This document shows positions 8,922-16,776 of a stretch of DNA of 64,000 bases, in pieces. The stretch's first letter is position 1. Each line of letters begins with the position of its first letter. A program made the translations under genes and the position numbers. The notes beneath the pieces are model-generated. The model saw nothing but the letters and a program-made list of their open reading frames with translations, had not been told where the DNA came from and did no database searches. This DNA is from Bacillota bacterium (GTDB lineage: Bacteria; Bacillota; Clostridia; Christensenellales; CAG-138), in the NCBI GenBank assembly GCA_023395595.1, contig JAEWYO010000060.1, positions 106,704 to 170,703 of the forward strand, given 5' to 3'.

Positions 8922-11900
8922 TTATTTTAGCTTTACGCTCTCTTTGCCGAAACGGTCTTCCGCCGCGGCAAGAAACGCATCCGTAACCGCAACATAATAC
9001 TCTTTTGGCACGCCTTTGCCAAGCTTTTTCGCCGCGTCGTAGAGCACGACCGGCGTTTCACCCGGATAGCGTTTGAGAAACGTGCATGCGCGCTGTGTCT
9101 CGCTCTCGGGCAAAGACTCAAATCGAATATAAACTGTTTTGTTCACATCGCCGAGCGGCTTGATTTCGTCGATGAGCAGAGAATTTGCGCGATCCTCGCG
9201 AATATTCAGCCGCCCGCGTGCAAGCACGGGCGCATCGTCCACAAACAGCGAACCCGCCTGCTGAAGCGTGCGCGGGAACAACACCGCCTCCACACTGCCC
9301 GTGATGCCTTCCAGCACCGCATAGCCCATCAGTCCGCTGCCGGATCGCGTCGGCTTTTGTTTGCACTGGGTGAGCAGACCACCGACGAGTACCTGCTCCT
9401 CGTCCTTGACTCTGCCGGTTCCGTCCGCCTCCGCCAGTTCGTCGATGGTATAGCGTAGGGCTTTGAGCTGATCTTGATAGTTATCCAGCGGGTGACCGGA
9501 AAGATAGAGCCCAGTGGATTCACGTTCCTTGACCAGCATGATCTGGTGCGAAAGCTCCGGCGCGTTCGGCAGCGGAATCTGCTCACTGGCGAGCGTGTCT
9601 CCACCGTCGAGATCAAAAAGGGACATCTGCCCGGCACCGCGCGCCTTCTTGACCGCAGCGGAGGCATCCAGCGCGCGCTCATAGACGGCAAAGTACTGCG
9701 CACGTTTACCGCCCATGCTGTCAAAGCAGCCCGCGCTGATGAGCGCTTCCAGCATGCGCTTGTTGAGCCCGTCCACGCGGTCGCAAAAATCGAAGAAGCT
9801 GGAGAACTTACCGTTTTGCGCGCGTTCCTGTACCATCGCTTCCATGACCGCACCGCCAACGTTCCGCACGGCAGCTAAGCCAAAGCGAATTGCGCCGCCT
9901 TCCGGCGCGAAGCGCGCGCGGGAATAGTTCACATCCGGCGGGAGCACCTTGATGCCGTGGTTACGCGCGCTGTATACATATCGCGCGACGGTATCCACGG
10001 AGCCTAAGAAGCTATTGATCAGCGCGGTCAAAAACTCCACGGGATAATAATATTTGAGGTATGCCGTTCGGTAGGCGAGCACGGCATACGCCGCCGCGTG
10101 AGATTTGTTGAACGCATAGGACGCGAAATCCATCATCTCGTCGAAGATGTGGTTTGCGACAGCTTCCGGCACACCGTTTGCCACAGCACCCACGACGCCA
10201 TCCGTACCGTGAACGAAATATTCGCGCTCCTTTGCCATCACTTCGTGCTTTTTCTTACTCATCGCGCGGCGCACAAGATCGCTTCGGCCATAGGAATATC
10301 CAGCCAGCGCACGGACGATCTCCATGACCTGCTCCTGATAGACCATGCAGCCATAGGTCGTGCAGAGGATCGGCTCCAAAAGCGGGTGGGAATAGACGAC
10401 GGTGTCAGGATTGTGCTTGCCCTTGACATAACGCGGAATCTGCTCCATCGGGCCCGGACGGTAGAGCGATATACCTGCGATGAGATCCTCAAAGCAGTCC
10501 GGCTTGAGCTGCTGTAGAAACTGCCGCATGCCGCCGGATTCCAACTGGAACACCCCGTCGGTGTCGCCCGCCGCGATCATTTGATACACCTTCGCGTCGG
10601 TAAACGGCACGCGGTCGAGATCCGGCACCGCTCGTCCGCTCTCCTCGATAAATCCGAGTGTGTCGCGAATCACCGTCAGGGTTCTGAGCCCCAGAAAGTC
10701 CATTTTCAACAGACCCAGCTCCTCAAGTGTGGTCATCGGGAACTGAGTGGTGATCACGGAATCGTTCACCTGAAGCGGCACGACATCGGTAATCGGTACG
10801 CTTGAGATCACAACGCCTGCGGCATGGGTGGAGCTGTGCCGCGGCAAACCTTCAAGACGAAGGGAGAGGTCGATGATCTTCTTCGTCGTTTCGTCACTTT
10901 GATACTGCGCTTTGAGATCGGGCGAGATTGCCAGCGCACGCTCCAACGTCATATTGAGCTCAAACGGCACCATCTTGCTGAGCTTATCCACGTCCGCATA
11001 CGGCACGCGCAGCACGCGGCCGACGTCGCGGATGACCGCGCGCGCCGCCATGGTGCCAAACGTGATGATCTGGCTGACATGACCTGCGCCGTATTTCGCG
11101 GCGACGTAGTCGATGACCTCCTGCCGGCGTTCATAGCAAAAGTCGATATCAAAGTCCGGCATGCTGATGCGCTCCGGGTTCAGGAAACGCTCAAACAGCA
11201 GATTATACTTCAGTGGGTCAACGTCCGTGATGTCGAGACAATAGGCCGCGAGGCTACCCGCGCCGCTGCCGCGTCCGGGACCGACCATGATGCCGTGCAT
11301 CTTTGCGTAGTGGATGAAATCCCAGACGATCAGGAAGTAGTCCACGAAGCCCATCTGTTCGATGATGCCGAGCTCGTATTCTAACCGCTCACGTGCCTCC
11401 GCGTCCGCATCCGGCAGTTTCTTGCACATGCCTGCGTCGCAAAGTGCGCGCAGATAGGAGACGTTGCCCTGCTCGTCTGGCGCGATGAATGCGGGCATGC
11501 GGCGGATGCCAAACTGGATTTCGAAGTTGCATTTGTCCACCACGTCTTGCGTATTTGTGATGGCTTCCGTGTCCTCCGGCAGAGCAAGACGCATCTCCGC
11601 CTCACTCTTGAGGTAAAACTGTTCGCCCTCCATGCGCATACGGTCGGGTTCGTCCACAAACCGCTGGGTTTGTATGCAGAGCAGCACATCCTGCGCCTCC
11701 GCATCGTCGGGGGAGACATAATGTACGTCGTTGGTTGCAACGGTTTTTGCGCCGATCTCGGCAGCGATCTTTCGCAACCCCGGCAACACCTGAATCTGTT
11801 CAGGGATGCCGTGGTTTTGCAGTTCAATGTAAAAATCCTCGCCAAACATGCCCTGCAAACGTCGGGCGTGCATCAGGGCAAGGTCGTAGTTATTGGTAAG

Positions 11901-12341
11901 CAGTGCCTGCGGAATGTCTCCCGCGAGGCACGCGGAGAGGCAGACAAGCCCTTCGCAGTGCTGTGAAAGCAGATCGTAGTCGATCCGGGGGCGGTAATAG
12001 AATCCGTGCAAAAACGCTTCACTGGAGAGGATCATCAGGTTTTTGTAGCCGGTTTCGTTTTTGCAAAGCAGGATGAGGTGCGCATATTCGCGATCCTGCG
12101 ATCCTTCACGATCACGCATGGAGCGCGGGGCAACATAGGTCTCCATGCCGATGACCGGCTTGATGCCCTCTTTTTTGCAGGCACGGTAAAAATCGACCAC
12201 ACCATACATCACGCCGTGATCGGTAATGGCAAGCGACGTCTGCCCCATCGATTTTGCGCGCGCGACCAGATCGGGGATGCGCGCCGCGCCATCGAGCAGG
12301 CTGTATTGCGTGTGAACGTGCAGATGGGTAAAACTACTCAT
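8922..12341 (-). CDS. dnaE: DNA polymerase III alpha subunit (DnaE-type, PHP domain N-terminus)
   Basis: 1139 aa. MSSFTHLHVHTQYSLLDGAARI (PHP domain), polymerase core, and a C-terminal OB-fold region. Confidence 0.95.
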   Translation of the reverse strand: MSSFTHLHVHTQYSLLDGAARIPDLVARAKSMGQTSLAITDHGVMYGVVDFYRACKKEGIKPVIGMETYVAPRSMRDREGSQDREYAHLILLCKNETGYKNLMILSSEAFLHGFYYRPRIDYDLLSQHCEGLVCLSACLAGDIPQALLTNNYDLALMHARRLQGMFGEDFYIELQNHGIPEQIQVLPGLRKIAAEIGAKTVATNDVHYVSPDDAEAQDVLLCIQTQRFVDEPDRMRMEGEQFYLKSEAEMRLALPEDTEAITNTQDVVDKCNFEIQFGIRRMPAFIAPDEQGNVSYLRALCDAGMCKKLPDADAEARERLEYELGIIEQMGFVDYFLIVWDFIHYAKMHGIMVGPGRGSGAGSLAAYCLDITDVDPLKYNLLFERFLNPERISMPDFDIDFCYERRQEVIDYVAAKYGAGHVSQIITFGTMAARAVIRDVGRVLRVPYADVDKLSKMVPFELNMTLERALAISPDLKAQYQSDETTKKIIDLSLRLEGLPRHSSTHAAGVVISSVPITDVVPLQVNDSVITTQFPMTTLEELGLLKMDFLGLRTLTVIRDTLGFIEESGRAVPDLDRVPFTDAKVYQMIAAGDTDGVFQLESGGMRQFLQQLKPDCFEDLIAGISLYRPGPMEQIPRYVKGKHNPDTVVYSHPLLEPILCTTYGCMVYQEQVMEIVRALAGYSYGRSDLVRRAMSKKKHEVMAKEREYFVHGTDGVVGAVANGVPEAVANHIFDEMMDFASYAFNKSHAAAYAVLAYRTAYLKYYYPVEFLTALINSFLGSVDTVARYVYSARNHGIKVLPPDVNYSRARFAPEGGAIRFGLAAVRNVGGAVMEAMVQERAQNGKFSSFFDFCDRVDGLNKRMLEALISAGCFDSMGGKRAQYFAVYERALDASAAVKKARGAGQMSLFDLDGGDTLASEQIPLPNAPELSHQIMLVKERESTGLYLSGHPLDNYQDQLKALRYTIDELAEADGTGRVKDEEQVLVGGLLTQCKQKPTRSGSGLMGYAVLEGITGSVEAVLFPRTLQQAGSLFVDDAPVLARGRLNIREDRANSLLIDEIKPLGDVNKTVYIRFESLPESETQRACTFLKRYPGETPVVLYDAAKKLGKGVPKEYYVAVTDAFLAAAEDRFGKESVKLK

Positions 12342-13257
12342 GACGGATCTCCTTTGCGATGCGAACCAGACGCGCGAGGCGGTGGTTCATGCCGCTTTTG
12401 CCGATTTCGGCGAGCTCGGCGAGCTCCAACAACGTTGCCTCCGGGTGGTTCAGTCGCAAGAGCGCCGCTTCATACAACGGCGCAGGAAGCTGATTGAGCC
12501 CCATGTGCTCCTCGATCACCTCGATGGCGTTGATCTGCTCGGTGGACGCAAACACGGTCTTTTCGATGTTTGCGGTCTCGCAGTTGGTGGTTCGGTTGAC
12601 GTAATTCCGAAAATCCCGCTCAGCACGCGCACTTTCAAACTTCAGCGCGGAGCCGTTCGCGCCGATAAGCGCGAGGAAGGCGGAAACATCGTCCCCTTTG
12701 AGATAGACGACGGGTTTCTCACGGCGGAGCATAGTCTTTGCTTCCGGTCCGAAGAGCGCGAGTACGGAGCGAAGCTGCTCTGCAAACGCATCTGAGCGCA
12801 CGACAATCTCCAGATGGTACCCGCGATACGGGTTTGTGCAGGAGCCGCTGCCAAGAAACGCGCCGCGCAGGAAGGCACGTCGGCATTCGTCGTCCTGCAG
12901 CAAATGCGCGGGAACAATCTCGCCGATGGAGAACTCTCCTGCTTCACTGACGAGCAAACCAGTGTCGAGCAGCAGCTGTTCCGCGTCGTCCCCAACCAGC
13001 GTGACCAGCGTCAGCGGGCGCCTGCGCTCCCGTTCGCTGAGTTCGATGGTTGGCTCTAGCGGATACAGCGCGGTGGCGAGGGAGACGATCAGTTTGCCGA
13101 CAGCGAGTGTTTCCGTGGTAAAGGAGGCGCCTCGTCCACGCCCGATGGTCAGCGCGCCGCAGGTATGGACAAGCCCGGATAATTCGGCCATGCGAACCAA
13201 ATCCGACTTTAGCCGGATTTTGACGAGGTCTTCTTTTGCGTTACTGGAAAATGACAT
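12334..13257 (-). CDS. whiA: DNA-binding sporulation/cell-division regulator WhiA
   Basis: MSFSSNAKEDLVKI... is the canonical WhiA start, with SD ACGGAG 6 nt upstream. C-terminal HTH GKSGMNHRLARLVRIAKE. The 107-aa upstream extension in the track is rejected. Overlaps the dnaE start by 8 nt. Confidence 0.9.
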   Translation of the reverse strand: MSFSSNAKEDLVKIRLKSDLVRMAELSGLVHTCGALTIGRGRGASFTTETLAVGKLIVSLATALYPLEPTIELSERERRRPLTLVTLVGDDAEQLLLDTGLLVSEAGEFSIGEIVPAHLLQDDECRRAFLRGAFLGSGSCTNPYRGYHLEIVVRSDAFAEQLRSVLALFGPEAKTMLRREKPVVYLKGDDVSAFLALIGANGSALKFESARAERDFRNYVNRTTNCETANIEKTVFASTEQINAIEVIEEHMGLNQLPAPLYEAALLRLNHPEATLLELAELAEIGKSGMNHRLARLVRIAKEIRHE

Positions 13258-13364
13258 GTGTGCTCCGTATCGTTGGTTGATCCGTCGAGTGGCGGTTCTG
13301 TTTCTTATTATAAACGATTTGTCCACGCGCGTCAGTAAAAAAACGGTATGGTCATACTTGCGCG

Positions 13365-13390
13365 AAAAACAAAAACGCCCTGCGGCGTTT
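13365..13390 (-). terminator. Intrinsic terminator after rapZ
   Basis: Minus strand: AAACGCC-gcag-GGCGTTT followed by TTGTTTTT. Confidence 0.7.
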
Positions 13391-13424
13391 TGGGTTGATG
13401 TGAGATAGGTGGGGGCTGGATGAA

Positions 13425-14312
13425 TCAGTCCCGCGCAAAACGCTCGTGAATATCGCTGGCTTCGGTCGTGAGATCGCGATGATAGATGCGTACGTTCATG
13501 CCGCTGTTTGCAAAGCGGCGCGCCATCTCCTCCGCCGCGGCAACCGAGCGGTGCCGCCCGCCGGTACAGCCGAAACAAATGCGAAGGATGTGCTTATCCT
13601 GCTCTTCGTAGAGCGGAATGAGCTTTTTGAGCATCTCCTCCACGCCGTCAAAAAAAGGCGCGACGGAAGGCTGTTCCAACACAAACTGCTGCACCTTGGC
13701 GTCAAGGCCGGAAAGTGGCCTGAGTTCCGGAATATAGAACGGGTTTGTCATAAACCGCATGTCGAGCACAAAATCCGCGTCCACGGGTACACCGCGCTTA
13801 TAGCCAAAGCTACAGAACAGCAGCGTCATGCACTTGCATTCGTATTCCGGCAGCACCTTGGCGATCAACCCGGGAAAGTCTTTGGGTTTGACATCGCTGG
13901 TATCGAGGATATAGTTTGCGCGATCCCGCAGCGGCTGCAAAAACACGCGCTCGCGCTTGACCCCTGTTGCGGCATCGCCCGCCTCTCCGAGCGGATGGCG
14001 GCGGCGCACCTCGTTGTAGCGCTTCATGAGCACATCGTCCCGCGTGTCTAAAAAGAGAATCTCATACGGCGCATCCAGCGCATCAAATGCCTCTGCGATG
14101 GTTGCAGAGGAACGCGAGAGCAGACTTTCGCGGCTGTCGATGGTCACGGCTGCTTTCTCGATTGCGGGGTTTGCGTTGTTGCAGAGCTGGATAAACTCCT
14201 TGAGCATGGAGCTTGGCAGATTATCGACACAAAAATAGCCCTGCTCCTCCAAACAACGGAGTGCAAGCGATTTTCCCGCGCCGGAGAGGCCGGTTACGAT
14301 TAATAAATACAT
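13425..14312 (-). CDS. rapZ: RNase adapter / nucleotide-binding protein RapZ (YvcJ)
   Basis: MYLLIVTGLSGAGKSLALRCLEEQGYFCVDNLP (Walker A). C-terminal CTGGRHRSV motif. Confidence 0.9.
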   Translation of the reverse strand: MYLLIVTGLSGAGKSLALRCLEEQGYFCVDNLPSSMLKEFIQLCNNANPAIEKAAVTIDSRESLLSRSSATIAEAFDALDAPYEILFLDTRDDVLMKRYNEVRRRHPLGEAGDAATGVKRERVFLQPLRDRANYILDTSDVKPKDFPGLIAKVLPEYECKCMTLLFCSFGYKRGVPVDADFVLDMRFMTNPFYIPELRPLSGLDAKVQQFVLEQPSVAPFFDGVEEMLKKLIPLYEEQDKHILRICFGCTGGRHRSVAAAEEMARRFANSGMNVRIYHRDLTTEASDIHERFARD

Positions 14313-14360
14313 CTTCTTTACCCTTTGGACAATGATCAAACGATACTATTTGGTGTTATG

Positions 14361-14525
14361 ACAGTTCGCTGAGCAGCTTGACTTCGCGCTCTAGCGGAAC
14401 GCCGGATTCTTCATACAATTCAGCATTTTCTTTGCTTCTGAAATACGATTGCGCCAAGAAGCGTTTTAAGATAGTTCGCTGAGCAGCTTGACTTCACGCT
14501 CTAGCTGAACGCCGGATTCTTCATA
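14361..14525 (-). repeat. Direct duplication of the murB 3' end (copies 14361-14415 and 14471-14525; 110-bp period; 52/55 identical)
   Basis: Both copies read, on the minus strand, YEESGV(P/Q)LEREVKLLSELS followed by a stop. Copy 14471-14525 is the real murB end. Copy 14361-14415 is an orphan in the murB-rapZ spacer. Confidence 0.9.
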
Positions 14526-15371
14526 GACACGCTGCTGGATGATCGCAATCAGCTCCAGTACATCCCGCTCGGTTGCGTTGCCGTTGTTGACGATGAAGCC
14601 CGCGTGCATGGGGCTGACCTGCGCGCCGCCAACGGAGAAACCCTTGAGCCCGGCGCCTTCAATCAGCGCACCGGCAAACCTGCCGTTTGGGCGTTTGAAG
14701 ACGCTGCCCGCACTTGGGAGAGTGAGCGGTTGCTTTTCCTTGCGCTGGCGCGTCGTTTCCATCATTCGTTCGCGCGCGCCGCCGTCGTCATGTTCCAACT
14801 GGAATGTGGCGGATAGCACCACGACCTCGGGCGCTGCATACTTGCTTGTGCGGTTGCCAAAGTCGGTTTTCTTTGTTTCAACATCCAGCACACGCCCGTT
14901 TTTGAGGATGCGCACGCTCTTGATGATATGCCGAATCTCCGCACCGTAAGCGCCCGCGTTCATTGCGACCGCGCCGCCGACCGTACCGGGAATACCACTA
15001 AGCGATTCTAGACCCATCAGGCGCATATTGACGCTTTCGCGCGCGAGCACGGAGAGCGCGGTGCCCGCGGGGCACGTCACGGTGGTGTCTACGAAAAGCG
15101 GTGTGGTGAGCGGGGTATCGATGCGGATGATTACGCCCGGATAGCCCGCATCGGGCGCCAGCACGTTTGTGCCGTTGCCGAGGATACAATAAGGGGTTAC
15201 GAACTGGCTGCACGCCTGGATCGTCTTTCGAATGTCCTCCGCGTTGCGCGGGCGCAACACCATCGCTGCCGGGCCGCCGATGCGGAAGCTCGTCAGAGTG
15301 GAGAGCGGTACATTGCATTTGACATCGAGTCCCTTGAGTGCAAGGAAGACGCGGTTGAGCGAATTTTCCAT
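14466..15371 (-). CDS. murB: UDP-N-acetylenolpyruvoylglucosamine reductase
   Basis: 301 aa. FRIGGPA FAD-binding signature, GNGTNVL, SAGSVFKRP. Confidence 0.93.
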   Translation of the reverse strand: MENSLNRVFLALKGLDVKCNVPLSTLTSFRIGGPAAMVLRPRNAEDIRKTIQACSQFVTPYCILGNGTNVLAPDAGYPGVIIRIDTPLTTPLFVDTTVTCPAGTALSVLARESVNMRLMGLESLSGIPGTVGGAVAMNAGAYGAEIRHIIKSVRILKNGRVLDVETKKTDFGNRTSKYAAPEVVVLSATFQLEHDDGGARERMMETTRQRKEKQPLTLPSAGSVFKRPNGRFAGALIEGAGLKGFSVGGAQVSPMHAGFIVNNGNATERDVLELIAIIQQRVYEESGVQLEREVKLLSELS

Positions 15372-15377
15372 GCTGCT

Positions 15378-15406
15378 ATCATAACAAACTGTTCACAATT
15401 AGACAA
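15378..15406 (-). promoter_or_regulatory. Candidate promoter placed to give a leaderless murB mRNA (TTGTCT-17-TATGAT-6 nt-ATG)
   Basis: Minus strand: TTGTCT aattgtgaacagtttgt TATGAT agcagc ATG. There is no SD before the ATG. Confidence 0.35.
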
Positions 15407-15480
15407 CCGGAAATCGAGCAAAACTTGCATAATTGAATTGATAGTTTGGAATAGTCGCCGTAATTTTGCGTGTTTTGCAG

Positions 15481-15505
15481 TTATTACAATAAAATATTGT
15501 AATAA
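15481..15505. repeat. Perfect 11-bp inverted repeat with 3-bp spacer (candidate operator)
   Basis: TTATTACAATA-aaa-TATTGTAATAA, located in the divergent murB / small-ORF promoter region, 3 bp upstream of a -35-like TTGTAT. Confidence 0.6.
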
Positions 15506-15508
15506 TGT

Positions 15509-15536
15509 TTGTATGAGAAGCGTTGGTTTGTATAAT
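15509..15536 (+). promoter_or_regulatory. Candidate promoter (TTGTAT-16-TATAAT)
   Basis: TTGTAT gagaagcgttggtttg TATAAT. It lies over the 5' end of the maximal 15523 ORF, implying a downstream start. Confidence 0.4.
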
Positions 15537-15891
15537 GGAAGCACGAAGCACTCCTATGAATCAGGCTCATATAGAACATGACTGGAGAACCGCTGTGCAT
15601 CGAGACAAACCAGCGAAGATCATTCTGCTGACAGTCCTGGTTGCATTCCTCATATATATTTTGGGTAGTTGCATCGTTGGGTATATTCCGCCAACGGAAT
15701 CCTACAAGAAAACGCCTAAGCAATTTGAAGAGTTGTTCAATGAGCAAATGGCACGATACGGTATGTCGATTGATATTGATTCGGTTGCGTTTATTGATGA
15801 TGAAGACGGTCTTCGCAAAGTTGTACCGATTGCCTATGAAGACGGGAGCAAGGTTTCTTTCACCTATTATCCAACCGGAAAAGTAATATAA
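15523..15891 (+). CDS. Hypothetical small single-pass membrane protein (orphan; start uncertain, possibly GTG 15595)
   Basis: One TM helix (IILLTVLVAFLIYILGSCIVGYI) followed by a ~70-aa soluble tail. Low-GC. GGAGA lies 6 nt before the GTG at 15595. No family recognised. Confidence 0.45.
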   Translation: MVCIMEARSTPMNQAHIEHDWRTAVHRDKPAKIILLTVLVAFLIYILGSCIVGYIPPTESYKKTPKQFEELFNEQMARYGMSIDIDSVAFIDDEDGLRKVVPIAYEDGSKVSFTYYPTGKVI

Positions 15892-16161
15892 TGGAGCGCT
15901 AATTGTTTGTTGAGAGTTTATAGAAGGTAAAGAGGCGAAAACAAGTATTTACATTTCGCCGGAAAACAATAAGGAATTTTCGGTGACTTTCAAAAGAAAA
16001 TTTGACGAAAAGGCAACGCTCTCCGTCCGGTTTCATTTGTGGAATCCGTATAGGAGTTGACTTCTGAAAGATAACGTTGAGTATTCTCCTTCGAATATAG
16101 ATTTGAATCATCGTATTCGATGGAGACATCAAAAGAATATTGGAATTTTGAGAAGAGCGTT

Positions 16162-16665
16162 TTATAAGAATGCAGAAGAGCGTTTTTGAATCACCCGCGC
16201 ATACTCCCTTGCCAAATCTTCCAACCGCATCCGCGCGTTTGCCGCGCTGGGCGAAGGCAGGATTTCGCAGGGGATTTTTGTTTGCGGAAAGACGAGGCGG
16301 GTATAGAGCCGCGCGGATGTGGCGCCCGTGCAGAGCACGCGGGTGATGGATGAGCGCGCAATCAGCGCGGGGAAGTCGTTTGCCACGGGGTTTTTGATGC
16401 TGGCGTCGCTGGCGCCCGTGATTTCACAGGAGGCGAGCACGTCCCAAAGCGCGAGTCGATGGCGCAGCAACAGCGCGGTTTTTTCCTCGATACTGGCCGG
16501 CTTTTCTTCGCCAAGCGCGAGGGCAAGCGCGGACCAGAAGCGGTTTTGCGGGTGCGCATAATAAAACGCCTGCTCACGCGATTTGGGCGAGGGCATCGTG
16601 CCGAGAATCAGGATTTCGCTCTCCGTGGAGACGATTGGCGGTATCGTATGAATTACATGCTCCAT
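16162..16665 (-). CDS. Uracil-DNA glycosylase superfamily protein (DNA-deoxyinosine/hypoxanthine glycosylase type)
   Basis: MEHVIHTIPPIVSTESEILILGTMPSPKSREQAFYYAHPQNRFW matches the GxMPS...YY.hp.NrFW signature of this UDG family. Confidence 0.8.
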   Translation of the reverse strand: MEHVIHTIPPIVSTESEILILGTMPSPKSREQAFYYAHPQNRFWSALALALGEEKPASIEEKTALLLRHRLALWDVLASCEITGASDASIKNPVANDFPALIARSSITRVLCTGATSARLYTRLVFPQTKIPCEILPSPSAANARMRLEDLAREYARVIQKRSSAFL

Positions 16666-16672
16666 ACTCGCT

Positions 16673-16701
16673 AGAGTAACGCATTTAACGCGCGCTGGCA
16701 A
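16673..16701 (-). promoter_or_regulatory. Candidate promoter giving a leaderless glycosylase mRNA (TTGCCA-17-TACTCT-7 nt-ATG)
   Basis: Minus strand: TTGCCA gcgcgcgttaaatgcgt TACTCT agcgagt ATG. No SD. Confidence 0.35.
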
Positions 16702-16741
16702 CGCCAAAAGCTGCTATTCTGGCCCGGGAACACAGCGGCGG

Positions 16742-16770
16742 TTGATATTACACCGTCATTCTGCTAAGAT
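16742..16770 (+). promoter_or_regulatory. Candidate promoter giving a leaderless ABC-exporter mRNA (TTGATA-17-TAAGAT-6 nt-ATG)
   Basis: TTGATA ttacaccgtcattctgc TAAGAT gtgtgc ATG(16777). No SD. Confidence 0.4.
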
Positions 16771-16776
16771 GTGTGC

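Noticed and set aside
12334-13578. Long N-terminal extensions in the ORF track (whiA 414 aa; similar cases at 45841 plsX, 57675 rbgA, 35322 pnp, 26101 rimP, 41905 divIVA, 44976 yceD, 33817 ribF, 34873 rpsO)
   Set aside because: In each case a canonical family N-terminus with a good SD lies at an internal start. The extension crosses terminators, promoters or the neighbouring gene.
15899-16132. 77-aa minus-strand ORF in the low-GC gap
   Set aside because: It has no SD, promoter or recognisable family. Its Arg/Phe/Ile-rich composition is typical of a random ORF in AT-rich DNA. It may overlap a decayed plus-strand gene.
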